64,000 bases of DNA from an uncultured Alphaproteobacteria bacterium (GCA_944390275.1 CALXPL010000006.1:28734-92733); one strand, 5' to 3'. Counted from the first letter of the stretch, positions 19,104 to 29,015 are shown. Numbers and translations are program-made. The notes: a model not told the origin generated them from the sequence alone.

Positions 19104-20387
19104 CTACACGTTTTTTCCTATTTTTGTTTTTCCGTTCATATACGGTTGTAATTTGCTCGGAATATTTACCGTTCCATCTTCATTTTGATGACATTCTATA
19201 AATGGAACAAGAGCTCTTGGTGTCGCAATTCCCGTATTATTTAATGTATGAACAAATTTAACTCTGTTATCTGAATTATCTCGATATCTTAAATTTGTAC
19301 GGCGAGCTTGCCAATCGGTTATATTGGAACATGAATGCGTTTCTCTGTAACAATTTTGCGACGGAACCCATGCTTCCAAATCGTACTGACGGTATTTCGG
19401 GGCTCCCATATCTCCGGTACAAATATCCAATACTTGATAAGGGAGTTCCAAGTCTTGCAAAACTTCTTCAGAAATGGCCAACAAGGTTTTGTGCCATTTA
19501 TCACTTTCTTGGATATCATTTTTGCAAATAACAAACTGCTCTGTTTTCATGAATTGATGGACGCGAACCAAACCACGCGTATCTTTTCCTGCGGCTCCTG
19601 CTTCACGACGAAAACATGGTGAAAATCCCGCGTAGAGAATCGGTAGTTCTGCTTCATTTAATATTTCATCCGCTCTCAGTGAGTTTAAAATAAGTTCTGC
19701 CGTTCCTGACAAATAAATATCATCTGCCGGCATGTAATAGATTTCATCACGTGAAAAAGGCAAATATCCTTGTCCGTACAAAGGTTTCTCTTTTGAAATT
19801 GATGGAACGGTTATAACTGTAAAACCATGCTCTCGCAATTTGTCTAACACCATCATATGCATGGCCAATTCTAATTTTGCTAAATCATTTTTTATCGCAT
19901 AGGTACGAGAACCGCTTACCTTAGCAATTCTTTCCATTTCTGACCAATCATTTAATTCCATTAGTTCGACATGGTCGCGTGGCTTAAAATCAAAATGTGG
20001 TATTTCTCCGACTTTTCTAATTACGACATTGCCGCTTTCATCTGGTCCGACGGGACATTCTGGGCTCGGCATATTCGGCATACGAAGCATAATTTCATCA
20101 AACTTTTTTTGTTCAACTTCTAATTCTTCCAATTCTTTCTTTAATTCTTCACCTAACGCTTTACTTTTAGCAATAATTGACGGGCGTTCTTCCGTCGATG
20201 CTGATTTTATAGAATTACTCAATCTATTTTTTTCTTCAGCTTTGGCTTGTGATGATGTTTTTAATTTATTTATGGAACCATGCAATGATATTAATTCATC
20301 CAAATTTATTATCTTTGAGTATCCTTTTTTATCCAGTCCTTCTTGAATTTTTTCTTTATTTTCAATAATAAATTTTATATCCAACAT
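19104..20387 (-). CDS. serS: seryl-tRNA synthetase
   Basis: 427 aa. N-terminal coiled-coil arm plus class II core (FSPCFRREAG..., GTAELIL...). Confidence 0.9.
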   Translation of the reverse strand: MLDIKFIIENKEKIQEGLDKKGYSKIINLDELISLHGSINKLKTSSQAKAEEKNRLSNSIKSASTEERPSIIAKSKALGEELKKELEELEVEQKKFDEIMLRMPNMPSPECPVGPDESGNVVIRKVGEIPHFDFKPRDHVELMELNDWSEMERIAKVSGSRTYAIKNDLAKLELAMHMMVLDKLREHGFTVITVPSISKEKPLYGQGYLPFSRDEIYYMPADDIYLSGTAELILNSLRADEILNEAELPILYAGFSPCFRREAGAAGKDTRGLVRVHQFMKTEQFVICKNDIQESDKWHKTLLAISEEVLQDLELPYQVLDICTGDMGAPKYRQYDLEAWVPSQNCYRETHSCSNITDWQARRTNLRYRDNSDNRVKFVHTLNNTGIATPRALVPFIECHQNEDGTVNIPSKLQPYMNGKTKIGKNV

Positions 20388-20489
20388 GGTTTCTTGTCCT
20401 ATTTTCTTAATTTTTTAATTGATTTTCATTGCCATTCAGAGTATCAATTTTACAAATAAATTCAATATAAAAATTAGGGATATTACAAA

Positions 20490-21506
20490 ATGTTTGATAA
20501 AAAAACCATTTTAACCGGTGTTAAACCAACCGGAACTCCTCATTTGGGAAATTATCTCGGAGCAATAAAACCAGCTATCCAATTAGGAAAAGACGCTGTC
20601 GAAAACGGTGGTCGCCATTATATGTTTATTGCAGATTATCACGCTATTAATGCCGAAAAGAATCCTGAAGTTTTAAATCAAAAGATGAGAGAAATTGCTT
20701 GCATCTATTTGGCTAGCGGACTAGACCCTAATAAATCAATTTTCTATCGTCAATCCGACATTCCCGAAATCCCCGAAATTACAACAATTCTTTATGCTTA
20801 CACACCCAAAGGTTTTATGAACAAAGCCCATGCTTATAAAGCCTGCGTTGATAAAAATCGTGAAGCCGGAAAACCTGATGATGATGGTATTAATATGGGA
20901 CTTTATACCTACCCTACTCTTATGGCTGCCGATATTTTAGCTTATGACACGGACATTGTTCCCGTCGGAAAAGATCAAGTTCAACATGTTGAAATTGCTC
21001 GTGATATTGCCGGAGCAATTAATGCTCATTATAACAAGCCTCTCCTTCATCTGCCAGAATATTATATTGACGAACACGTTGCGGTTGTTCCCGGAATTGA
21101 TGGAAGAAAAATGAGTAAATCTTACGGCAATGTTATTCCTTTATTTGAAGACGATAAAGCTATAAAAAAAGCAATCTTTTCTATCAAAACGGATTCCCGT
21201 CCCTTGGAAGAACCTAAAGATCCTGAAGGAATCCTTGTCTATGAAATTTATAAATCAATTGCCTCTGATGCTCAATTACAAGAAATGGCTGACGGCTTGC
21301 GTCAAGGTAAATTGGGATACGGGCATATTAAAAATATGCTTTTAGATGCTGTTATTAACGAAATCAAAGACGCTCGTGAAAAATATAATTATTATATGGC
21401 ACACTTTGATGAAGTTGAAATGCTCTTACAGCAAGGAGCGGGAAAAGCTCGTCCGGTTGCTAAAGAAACGCTCAAACGTTTAAAAGATGCCGTGTTCGGA
21501 CGTTAA
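20490..21506 (+). CDS. trpS: tryptophanyl-tRNA synthetase
   Basis: TGVKPTGTPHLGNYLGAIKP (HIGH-type) and KMSKSYGN motifs. 338 aa. Confidence 0.9.
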   Translation: MFDKKTILTGVKPTGTPHLGNYLGAIKPAIQLGKDAVENGGRHYMFIADYHAINAEKNPEVLNQKMREIACIYLASGLDPNKSIFYRQSDIPEIPEITTILYAYTPKGFMNKAHAYKACVDKNREAGKPDDDGINMGLYTYPTLMAADILAYDTDIVPVGKDQVQHVEIARDIAGAINAHYNKPLLHLPEYYIDEHVAVVPGIDGRKMSKSYGNVIPLFEDDKAIKKAIFSIKTDSRPLEEPKDPEGILVYEIYKSIASDAQLQEMADGLRQGKLGYGHIKNMLLDAVINEIKDAREKYNYYMAHFDEVEMLLQQGAGKARPVAKETLKRLKDAVFGR

Positions 21507-21519
21507 TTTACTTTCTTAA

Positions 21520-21556
21520 AAATAAAGTCTGGATTTCTTCAGACTTTATTTTTTCT
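21520..21556. terminator. bidirectional rho-independent terminator
   Basis: AAAGTCTG-GATTTCTTC-AGACTTT stem with an A-run upstream and a T-run downstream. Sits between convergent trpS and 21565..21972. Confidence 0.55.
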
Positions 21557-21564
21557 CTTTTTCT

Positions 21565-21972
21565 TTATTCCTGTTCGGAATTTTCTTCTTTAGGCTGTTC
21601 TTCATAAATTAATTCTTTGCCATCCGAGGTCTTAAGTATTAATTTTTTTCCATCTAACTTAAACGAATTAACTTTTGGTAATGCTGCCAAATAATCACTT
21701 TCTGCCTGCATCATTTCTTGAGGACCTGCCATCATGGTTGTTGCAACTTGACTGAAAATAATTTCTTCGCCTTCTTGTTTATAGCTTCCCATGTAATTGT
21801 TTAAGGCTTTACCATAGAAACGCGGTTCTTGAGCATCAAATCCTAAAGTTATTGCCATATTTTCCGGTGATGAGGTATATTTATATAACTTTCCTTTAAA
21901 AGTGTTTTCTGAAGAATCGAAACATCCGGAAACCATAAATAATGCTAAAAATAAAGATAGAAGTTTTTTCAT
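21565..21972 (-). CDS. META-domain lipoprotein (HslJ-like)
   Basis: Start MKKLLSLFLALFMVSGC (lipobox). MAITLGF...MMAGPQEMMQAESDYLAALPKVNSFKLDGKKLILK matches the META/DUF306 pattern. Confidence 0.55.
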   Translation of the reverse strand: MKKLLSLFLALFMVSGCFDSSENTFKGKLYKYTSSPENMAITLGFDAQEPRFYGKALNNYMGSYKQEGEEIIFSQVATTMMAGPQEMMQAESDYLAALPKVNSFKLDGKKLILKTSDGKELIYEEQPKEENSEQE

Positions 21973-22065
21973 TGTTGCTCCTTGTCCTCTCATATTTGTT
22001 GTATTTTTTTTACCTTTTTAACACTAATCTTTCTCTTGATACAAGTCAATGTATAAGTTATTTTT

Positions 22066-22644
22066 TTAATTTTCTTTACGAATATATCGAGGCGGGATAA
22101 TACCGCCTTTTACAACAATTAAGTAGTATGGAACTACGGAAAAACGAAGCCCGAGTTTTTCATCACAGACCGTCCAATCTACCGGAGATGTATCAATTTC
22201 ATTTATAGAATTTAATTTTACCAAAACTTCATCGACATCTTTAAGCAACTTTTTATCAAGATTAGGTCTTAAAGCCGGAGAAACATAGACCCCCTCAACA
22301 AATCCGTCTGCTTCTAGTGCCGAAACATCTATGGCAAATAAATCTGCTTTTTCTATAAAATCTTTAAACATCTTTTCACTTTTTTCAGTCCATTGAATAG
22401 GCTCTGAAAATCCTCGAATGGCACGACTTCTCCCTTTGAAACAACTTTCCATCCATTTTACAACACCTTCGTGAGTTGTTTCTCCGCCTGTTCGCTTATA
22501 ATAATAACTTAAATCAGCTTGAGGATTGGCCGCCAAAGACAAAATTCCTTCACTTAATGCTGTATTTCCTTTGGTAATATAATGATATAATATCATAGTG
22601 TTTTTTCCTAATGTTTTACTATGCCTCTTGTTTTTCTTTTTCAA
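22066..22644 (-). CDS. hypothetical protein
   Basis: 192-aa ORF. The probable start is MILYHYITKGN. No confident family. Overlaps the 3' end of the upstream GNAT gene if the long start is used. Confidence 0.4.
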   Translation of the reverse strand: MKKKNKRHSKTLGKNTMILYHYITKGNTALSEGILSLAANPQADLSYYYKRTGGETTHEGVVKWMESCFKGRSRAIRGFSEPIQWTEKSEKMFKDFIEKADLFAIDVSALEADGFVEGVYVSPALRPNLDKKLLKDVDEVLVKLNSINEIDTSPVDWTVCDEKLGLRFSVVPYYLIVVKGGIIPPRYIRKEN

Positions 22645-23197
22645 AGTCCTGTTTTAATTTTGCAAATACATTCCTGTCTCGGTATCTTTGTTCTGTTTTG
22701 TCCCAATTCGATTGTCTTGATATTCCTTCTAAAACATAGCCTCTTTTTTGAGCAACATTTGCCGATTTTAAATTCAAAACATCCGTATATATAACTATTC
22801 GGTTTATACCTTGTCCAAAAAATTCTTTTTCCATTAAAGAAACGGCCTCTTGCATATATCCCTTTCCGGCATATTTTGTTGCTATCCAATAACCAATTTC
22901 CATTGTTTTATCTGATTCATGAATGTTTGCCGCAGAAATCGTTCCCATAAAACTCGTTGAATTATCACTGATAATATAAGTATAATCTTCTCCTTTGTTC
23001 CATTTCTGACTGCATTGTAATAAATATTCGTAGCTATCTTCAACTTTATAATCCGGAGTTGCCCAACTTAACCATGGAGCGAGTTCCGTTATACTTTCTT
23101 TAAAAGCCATAAAGTGATTTTGAGCCATTGCAAAGCTTTTTTCTGCTTTGGTCAAAATAATTCTTGAACCTTGAATCTTTGTTTTTGGGTTAAGCAT
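22619..23197 (-). CDS. GNAT N-acetyltransferase (RimJ/RimL-like)
   Basis: IGYWIATKYAGKGYMQEAVSLMEKEFFGQGINRIVIYTDVLNLKSANVAQKRGYVLEG is a GNAT core, and the N-terminus is RimJ/L-like. Confidence 0.7.
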   Translation of the reverse strand: MLNPKTKIQGSRIILTKAEKSFAMAQNHFMAFKESITELAPWLSWATPDYKVEDSYEYLLQCSQKWNKGEDYTYIISDNSTSFMGTISAANIHESDKTMEIGYWIATKYAGKGYMQEAVSLMEKEFFGQGINRIVIYTDVLNLKSANVAQKRGYVLEGISRQSNWDKTEQRYRDRNVFAKLKQDFEKEKQEA

Positions 23198-23478
23198 GAT
23201 TTACTCCTTGTTTTCTTTCATCTTATTACCCCCTTTGTCTAAAGTAAAGCACAATTTTATCTAGAAAATCCATTCTGACTACCTTTTACTCGCCCATAAT
23301 AAGCTATAGTTCTTTGTAAATTCATGGATATGAAAACTATATAGATATTTGCAAAATAATTGAATTATAAAATAACATCAAAGCGTTTTCTTCCAGTTAA
23401 TATTTCAGAAAGCATTTTTTTATATATAATTAATTGTTATAATTTTTTTTGTACCTCTTGGGGTAACAGGAGCTTTAA

Positions 23479-24009
23479 ATGAACGAAAAAATTTATACCT
23501 TAAATGAAAATGGTTCTCTCAACGGCTTAGAATTTCGTAATATTGTTCACGAAAAAGCTATTCTCCATTCTACCGTTCAATGTTGGATTATGAACCAAGA
23601 TGGAGATATTTTAATACAAAGGCGTGCCGAAACCAAAGGAAATAGTGCCGGAAAGTGGGATGTTTCTTTTGGAGGGCATTGCTCCGAAACCTCTGAAAAC
23701 GACGTTATTTTGGCAAATATCATCAAAGAAGGAAAAGAAGAGTTAGGAATTAACATATCTTCTCATGATTTGATAAAGCTCGGTGAAGCTCGCTATACTT
23801 CTCAACAAAACAAGAATAAAGAATTAGTGAGTGTTTTTTTACTTAAACTTGACAAATCACAAAATTTTAAATTTACCGATGGTGAAGTTTCTGAAGTCAA
23901 ATGGATAAAAATTGAAGATCTGTTTGATAATATCTTAAATAATTCTCAAGAATATGCTAATCGTCTTCCGGCTCTTTATCTTTTAAAATTTTATATGTCT
24001 CATAATTAG
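23479..24009 (+). CDS. NUDIX hydrolase
   Basis: Nudix box GGHCSETSENDVILANIIKEGKEELGI (Gx5Ex7REUxEExGU-like). Confidence 0.7.
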   Translation: MNEKIYTLNENGSLNGLEFRNIVHEKAILHSTVQCWIMNQDGDILIQRRAETKGNSAGKWDVSFGGHCSETSENDVILANIIKEGKEELGINISSHDLIKLGEARYTSQQNKNKELVSVFLLKLDKSQNFKFTDGEVSEVKWIKIEDLFDNILNNSQEYANRLPALYLLKFYMSHN

Positions 24010-24031
24010 TTTACTCAAAAGGATTATAGTA

Positions 24032-24847
24032 ATGATAAATAATAATATTATTCATTTACGAAACTCGTTGGCTGAATGTAAATTATCCCTTTGGGGCGGC
24101 AATCTTCTCTCCTACCGTCCTTTGACTGAAAAACATGATGTTTTCTGGCTCGGAGATTTAAATAAATTTGATAACAATCAAGCCATTCGTGGTGGCATCC
24201 CCGTCTGTTGGCCGAGATTTGCCGAAGAAAAACTTAATAACAACCTTCCTCGCCACGGTTTTGCTCGATTGTCAAACTGGACCTTAAACAATATCTTTGT
24301 TGACGAGAAGAAAATTGAAATAACACTTTCATTACAACCTGATACAAAATTTAACATTAATCTTTCTGCCATGCTCGCGATTAAGATTACCGATAAACTC
24401 AAGTATTCTTTAGAAACTATAAATCTGGGAAATGAAAATTTTTCTTTTAGCGAAGCCTTGCACGCCTATTTTAATATCAGCTCCCTTGACAATGTTTTCT
24501 TAAAAGGTTTGACTCATCATAACTATAAAAATTCTCTTGATGGTAATGTCTATACTTTGGAAAATGATTTGCAAATAAAAGGTGAATTCGACTCAATTTT
24601 TCTTAACCATGTTTCTCCTATTTCTATAATTGATAAAGGGTTTAATCGTGTGATTTTTATGGAAAAACAAGGTTCGCAAACAACGGTCGTGTGGAATCCG
24701 GCGAAAGATTTAGCTGAAATGAGTCCGGAACAATATAAAACATTCGTTTGCGTTGAACCTTCTAATGTCGGAGAATATTGTGTTTGCTTAAAACCTCATG
24801 AGAAACACAAAATATCTGCAACAATTAAAGTTCAATCTCTGAAATAA
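24032..24847 (+). CDS. D-hexose-6-phosphate mutarotase (aldose-1-epimerase family, YeaD-like)
   Basis: GGIPVCWPRFAEE and PRHGFARLSNWTL motifs. 271 aa. Confidence 0.7.
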   Translation: MINNNIIHLRNSLAECKLSLWGGNLLSYRPLTEKHDVFWLGDLNKFDNNQAIRGGIPVCWPRFAEEKLNNNLPRHGFARLSNWTLNNIFVDEKKIEITLSLQPDTKFNINLSAMLAIKITDKLKYSLETINLGNENFSFSEALHAYFNISSLDNVFLKGLTHHNYKNSLDGNVYTLENDLQIKGEFDSIFLNHVSPISIIDKGFNRVIFMEKQGSQTTVVWNPAKDLAEMSPEQYKTFVCVEPSNVGEYCVCLKPHEKHKISATIKVQSLK

Positions 24848-24920
24848 TTTTATTTTGTAGGTCAATAATTGTTTCTAATTGAATATTAATTTCAGCTATC
24901 CCATAACAATTTTACAAAAG

Positions 24921-26474
24921 TTAGTGTTGTTTATCGGCCAAATATGAGGATATTTGAGCATTAGAAAGTTTTAATCCTCTAGTTTGAGCCCTTGAAATTT
25001 GGGGATTCTGTCGTATGTTATTTCCATTCCTCAGTGCTATAATTAAATCTTTTGCATCAGTTGATAGTTGTTTTTTTGCAGCTTTAATATGTTGTTTTAA
25101 ACGGTTATAGCGTGAGATAACCATTGCCCTACGTTGAGGATTTAAACGCCAATTCTGTCTTTGCGGTTGCTGCAATGATGATTGAGGCTTCAAGCTAGAA
25201 GTCATCTTGTAATATATATTTTTAACAGCTTTCTTAAATAATTGAGCAGGAAAATCAATTGCTTTTTTTACAAGATTAAAAGTCCTATTCGTTTTAGATA
25301 CTTTTTTCAAAGATGGCTTCGTAGATATCCGCGCATTAAGTCTTTGTGGATTTCCCTTCACAAAATTATTTTTCTGGGATGACAACATATGTTCTTGGCT
25401 TTTCTGTCGTGCAGAAGGTCCTGAAGACAAGGTTTTAGGTGTATTTTGATTTTTAGCAAATATATCATCTAGAGCACTAAAAACAAGATCTTGTCCCCGT
25501 AAACGTTGGTTGTTTTGATTATTTTGGTGATTTTGTTTTTGAAATTCCCGAAAAGTATCAAGAAGGTTTGTATAATTTTGAAATTGCCCAAGACTAATAG
25601 GATTCTGCGGATTTTTTGATATGTTTTTATCAACTGTTTCTTTGAAATGTTGGGCTAATTTGGCATTGATTTTGCTGAGTTGTTGATATAATTGATCACA
25701 TTGTTGCAAATCAACTTCTTTTGCAGTTACAATTCCATCAGCAATTAATTTTCCATCCAAATCATTAATACGCGAAGGTTTATCTCTACGAATATATGGA
25801 GCAGCAATTTTTTTCAATTCCTCTATTTCTTCAGGCGTTTGAGCGCGAGGACAATAAATAACAATGGAATCATTACGGTCATACCAGTTTGTTGGGCGAC
25901 AAGTCTTGTAATGCATGCCATGTTTTGTTGCAAAATCATCTAGCTTTTGAATAAACTCTTTATCAGGAATTGCATTAATCGCATAGCGATGGTCTATTTT
26001 TCCTTTGATAAAATTACGCGGAGCACGATAAATCCAACTACTAGTGGTTTCGTTAATAATATCAATAGAATTGCTGCTTTGTTGCAAATAATTCGCAAAA
26101 CGAGCTCCCTTTGCAGTAAATTGCCTGCTTCTACTATTATCAGTATACATTCCATATGCGGTACGATCATAGTTTGCAAGTTTTTTTGCTTCATAGAGGC
26201 ACTTTATTGCAGAATTTAACGCACCTAAATTGCCCATTGAGGAATAATCTGGTGGATTTTTTTGGAGTTGCATAATTTTAGTTTTAATATATTCATCATC
26301 AATAATGCGCCCCTTTCGAGTTGTGTTAGCCAAAAGGCGAGCACTTCCTAGTAAAGAAATTTTATCAAAGAAAATTTCTTCATCAGAACGATTAAAATTA
26401 GCACTTTTTGCCATTGCATCATAAGCGGAAAAAAGTTTTTTTTCTTCAGAAGACAAATTCTCAAATAAATTCAT
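24921..26474 (-). CDS. large hydrophilic Q/N-rich protein, paralogue of 29736..31346 (effector-like)
   Basis: 517 aa. The central block WIYRAPRNFIKGKIDHRYAINAIPDKEFIQKLDDFATKHGMHYKTC...DSIVIYCP...PYIRRD...NPISLGQF aligns with the 536-aa protein. The C-terminal third is low-complexity and Q/N/K-rich. Confidence 0.55.
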   Translation of the reverse strand: MNLFENLSSEEKKLFSAYDAMAKSANFNRSDEEIFFDKISLLGSARLLANTTRKGRIIDDEYIKTKIMQLQKNPPDYSSMGNLGALNSAIKCLYEAKKLANYDRTAYGMYTDNSRSRQFTAKGARFANYLQQSSNSIDIINETTSSWIYRAPRNFIKGKIDHRYAINAIPDKEFIQKLDDFATKHGMHYKTCRPTNWYDRNDSIVIYCPRAQTPEEIEELKKIAAPYIRRDKPSRINDLDGKLIADGIVTAKEVDLQQCDQLYQQLSKINAKLAQHFKETVDKNISKNPQNPISLGQFQNYTNLLDTFREFQKQNHQNNQNNQRLRGQDLVFSALDDIFAKNQNTPKTLSSGPSARQKSQEHMLSSQKNNFVKGNPQRLNARISTKPSLKKVSKTNRTFNLVKKAIDFPAQLFKKAVKNIYYKMTSSLKPQSSLQQPQRQNWRLNPQRRAMVISRYNRLKQHIKAAKKQLSTDAKDLIIALRNGNNIRQNPQISRAQTRGLKLSNAQISSYLADKQH

Positions 26475-26598
26475 AATTAATCTCTCTCGCCTACATAATT
26501 AAGCAATATAAATTATTTATAACATATTAATTAAAAAAAATCAACAAAAATCTATGAATTGTACAATCTTTGTATTCGCATTACGCAAAGGTAAACAA

Positions 26599-27483
26599 TT
26601 ACAACAAAACCATATTAATGCCGATGATAATGGCAGTAAATGAGATGAGCTTTTTGATAACTTCTTGTCTGGTTAAGTTTTCTTTGAAGCTGTTTCCGAA
26701 GATTTTATAAAGCACAAACCCTAACAAAAGCGTAAAAATACTCTGTGATGAGCCTATTGATTTTACGGCTAATACAGGTAAATGAGCTAAAGCTATTGTT
26801 CCAGCTAAAGTTCCGCCTTGGTTTAGAATTTCATTAGATAAAAAGAGTTTTATTCTCTTTTTATACTGTGGAAAGGTGTTTACAATATCCGTTCTATATT
26901 GAGGAAGAAGTAACAGAGATAAACAAATTGATGTTGCAAAAAGTGAACCCCAAAATAAAACGGTTACAAAGTCAACGCTCTGCAGAGAATATTTGGACAA
27001 TACCGAAGACAGGGATAATAAAACGGAGACGACCAACATCAAGAAGAACGCGATATTAATTTTTAATTTCTTGATATCAAAATTAAGCAAAAAAGTGGAA
27101 AGTAAAATAATTCCGAAACCACAATATTGAGTTAAGCTCAGTTTTTCATTTACAATAAAATAAGCCAATACCGGAACGGCAATTTTACCTAAAGAGAATA
27201 ATGCTACAACAATCGAAGTATCAATATTACGGAGCGCATGATAATAAGGAATTTGATAACAAACTTCGATTAATGAGATGATAAATAATATTGCTAAAAT
27301 TTCTAATGGCGGAATAATCGGGGTTCCGAAGAAAAATAAAAACGGAATGATAATGATGTTGCTGATTGTGGCATAAAATACAAGTGAAGGTACTTTCTTA
27401 AAAATATTATTAGAAAAATGCGCATCTACAATACAAGACAAAGCGTGTAAAAGTGGCGTTAAAAAGGCAATCAGAACGTACAT
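26599..27483 (-). CDS. DMT-superfamily (EamA-like) membrane transporter
   Basis: 294 aa with about 10 TM helices in two repeated halves. Confidence 0.5.
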   Translation of the reverse strand: MYVLIAFLTPLLHALSCIVDAHFSNNIFKKVPSLVFYATISNIIIIPFLFFFGTPIIPPLEILAILFIISLIEVCYQIPYYHALRNIDTSIVVALFSLGKIAVPVLAYFIVNEKLSLTQYCGFGIILLSTFLLNFDIKKLKINIAFFLMLVVSVLLSLSSVLSKYSLQSVDFVTVLFWGSLFATSICLSLLLLPQYRTDIVNTFPQYKKRIKLFLSNEILNQGGTLAGTIALAHLPVLAVKSIGSSQSIFTLLLGFVLYKIFGNSFKENLTRQEVIKKLISFTAIIIGINMVLL

Positions 27484-27600
27484 ATCAAATCCTTAATCTT
27501 TGTTTTACAAGGAAATATAATATTTTATTTAATTTTATATTAAGAGTTTGATGTTTCATAAAAATTAGTTTTTTACCTCTACAAATATAAATCCACATTT

Positions 27601-27680
27601 ACGAGCTTAAATATAAAAAACGGTGCGTAACCAAAGCAATTATCGAATTAATGAATATGAGGATTTTAAGACTTGAGTAG
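27601..27680. repeat. intergenic repeat element copy A (related to 28563..28642 and to the region upstream of the recombinase gene)
   Basis: ACGAGCTTAAAT...GGTGCGTAACCAAAGCAATTATCGAATTAATGAATATGAGGATTTTAAGAC aligns with ACGTTCTTAAAAT.GGTGTGCGTGCCTCAAGCAATTATCGGGCTAATTCTTATGATGATTTTAAGAA. Confidence 0.5.
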
Positions 27681-27813
27681 GAAAATTGAAAACAATATTT
27701 TTTGTCTATTTTTGTGTTAACTTACTTCTAAAATTTTGATATATTTTTTTCATTAAAAGCATTATTGTGTACAATTATTGAGTAATCAAAAACGTGTTTC
27801 ATGATATGCTTTT

Positions 27814-28476
27814 TTGTATTTTAAAATATGTTTAACCCCAAATAAAAAAAATATGAAAAAATTAAAAATTTTAACTTCTAATCTAGAGATTAAAGTTGCT
27901 CAAATGCCAGTAACTTCAGAATTCAAAGCAGTAAAACTTAGTTATGAACAAGCGATGGCTTTTGATCATCATGTAACAAGTTTTGACGAGCTTATTGCTC
28001 GTCATGGGGCTTCTCGTCTGCTTAAACCTAACGAGCATTATGAAGGATATATTGCTCTTCCTTATTCTTGGGGAAGAGTTGATGTTATCCACCTTGCAGG
28101 AGCCGTTCAAAAAGTTGACCCTAATGCGGCAAAATACTTTTGGGACGAAAACAAAAAGGCTAAGCTTGTTCGTGAAGGCAAGTGTTGGTATGTGCAATGG
28201 CAAAACTCTGATGGCTCTACTTACCCTGGAAAGTTCAATTATGTGTGGACTTTTAATGGGTGTCACTTTACAAAAACAATTATTGACTTGCAAGAAGCAG
28301 GTTATCTGCCTTCGGATATTGATGCCGAAGGAACAGATAAAATCCTTAAAGACAAGTTGGTTTCTGCGTTGTGCGGAAACAAAATTGTCGAAGTTAGCGA
28401 CAATGAGGATTTGATTCTCAAAGCGTATCTTGGAGAATACTCTTATTATAATAGTTTTTTTAAAGAGGTACAGTAA
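27814..28476 (+). CDS. hypothetical protein (island)
   Basis: 220-aa ORF. An alternative start is MKKLKIL at 27853. It is followed by a hairpin with a T8 run at 28489..28520. No family recognised. Confidence 0.45.
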   Translation: MYFKICLTPNKKNMKKLKILTSNLEIKVAQMPVTSEFKAVKLSYEQAMAFDHHVTSFDELIARHGASRLLKPNEHYEGYIALPYSWGRVDVIHLAGAVQKVDPNAAKYFWDENKKAKLVREGKCWYVQWQNSDGSTYPGKFNYVWTFNGCHFTKTIIDLQEAGYLPSDIDAEGTDKILKDKLVSALCGNKIVEVSDNEDLILKAYLGEYSYYNSFFKEVQ

Positions 28477-28488
28477 CGAATCTCACAC

Positions 28489-28520
28489 AGAACAGCATCT
28501 TAAAAGGTGCTGTTTTTTTT
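28489..28520 (+). terminator. rho-independent terminator
   Basis: AACAGCA...TGCTGTT stem followed by TTTTTTTT. Confidence 0.55.
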
Positions 28521-28562
28521 GCAATCTTCTTAGTATAAAATACATACAAAAGAAGCAACTTT

Positions 28563-28642
28563 AATGGTACGTTCTTAAAATTGGTGTGCGTGCCTCAAGC
28601 AATTATCGGGCTAATTCTTATGATGATTTTAAGAAAATAAGA
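28563..28642. repeat. intergenic repeat element copy B
   Basis: See copy A. It contains CAATTATCGGGCTAATTCTT, which matches CATTATCGGACTAATTTT at 32411..32428. Confidence 0.5.
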
Positions 28643-28714
28643 AGAAAAATTAAAAAAACATAATTTTATCTAATTGAAAAAGGTCATGATCCAAACACAA
28701 CGGTTCGAGTTTGG

Positions 28715-29005
28715 GTGAATGAGAGTTGGAGCTGTCCTCCAGAGTATTGTGACTGTTCTCATTATGAAACCAGAACTTTGCTGGACATTAGTTCGAGTCC
28801 AGCAGTGAAAAAACTCTTGAGATCCTATGGAGCTAAAACTATTAAGGAAATTAGGGAAGAAGAGGCCGCAATAGAGAAAGCTCGTCATGATGCAGAAGTA
28901 GCCAAAATAATGCGCCAAGATGCCATTCGTGAGGCTGAAAAAAAAGCTAAAGAAGAGGCAGATATGCAAAAGGTTGAAGCCTTTTTAGCATCTAAAAAAG
29001 CCTAA
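28715..29005 (+). CDS. small hypothetical protein with charged helical C-terminus
   Basis: 96 aa, MNESWSCPPEYCDCSHYE...KEIREEEAAIEKARHDAEVAKIMRQDAIREAEKKAKEEADMQKVEAFLASKKA. A strong terminator lies 12 nt after the stop. The 5' third overlaps GC-richer T-loop-like hairpins, so the N-terminus is uncertain. Confidence 0.35.
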   Translation: MNESWSCPPEYCDCSHYETRTLLDISSSPAVKKLLRSYGAKTIKEIREEEAAIEKARHDAEVAKIMRQDAIREAEKKAKEEADMQKVEAFLASKKA

Positions 29006-29015
29006 AGTATAGAAA

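Noticed and set aside
22066-22644. DarT-like (DUF4433) ADP-ribosyltransferase toxin suggested by the N-terminal MILYHYITKGN
   Set aside because: There is only superficial resemblance to the LYHFT...NL.SIL motif. No downstream macrodomain or antitoxin gene is present. The rest of the sequence does not follow the family pattern.
28681-28815. A second tRNA gene or a tmRNA at the T-loop-like hairpins
   Set aside because: The stems are 6-7 bp with 10-12-nt loops, which is not the 5-bp stem and 7-nt loop of a T-arm. No acceptor, D or anticodon arms can be drawn. No CCA is present.
28670-28969. Minus-strand 99-aa ORF antisense to 28715..29005
   Set aside because: Its translation is low-complexity (FFSFFFSL...) with no RBS. 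The + strand ORF has plausible charged-helix sequence and is followed by a strong + strand terminator.
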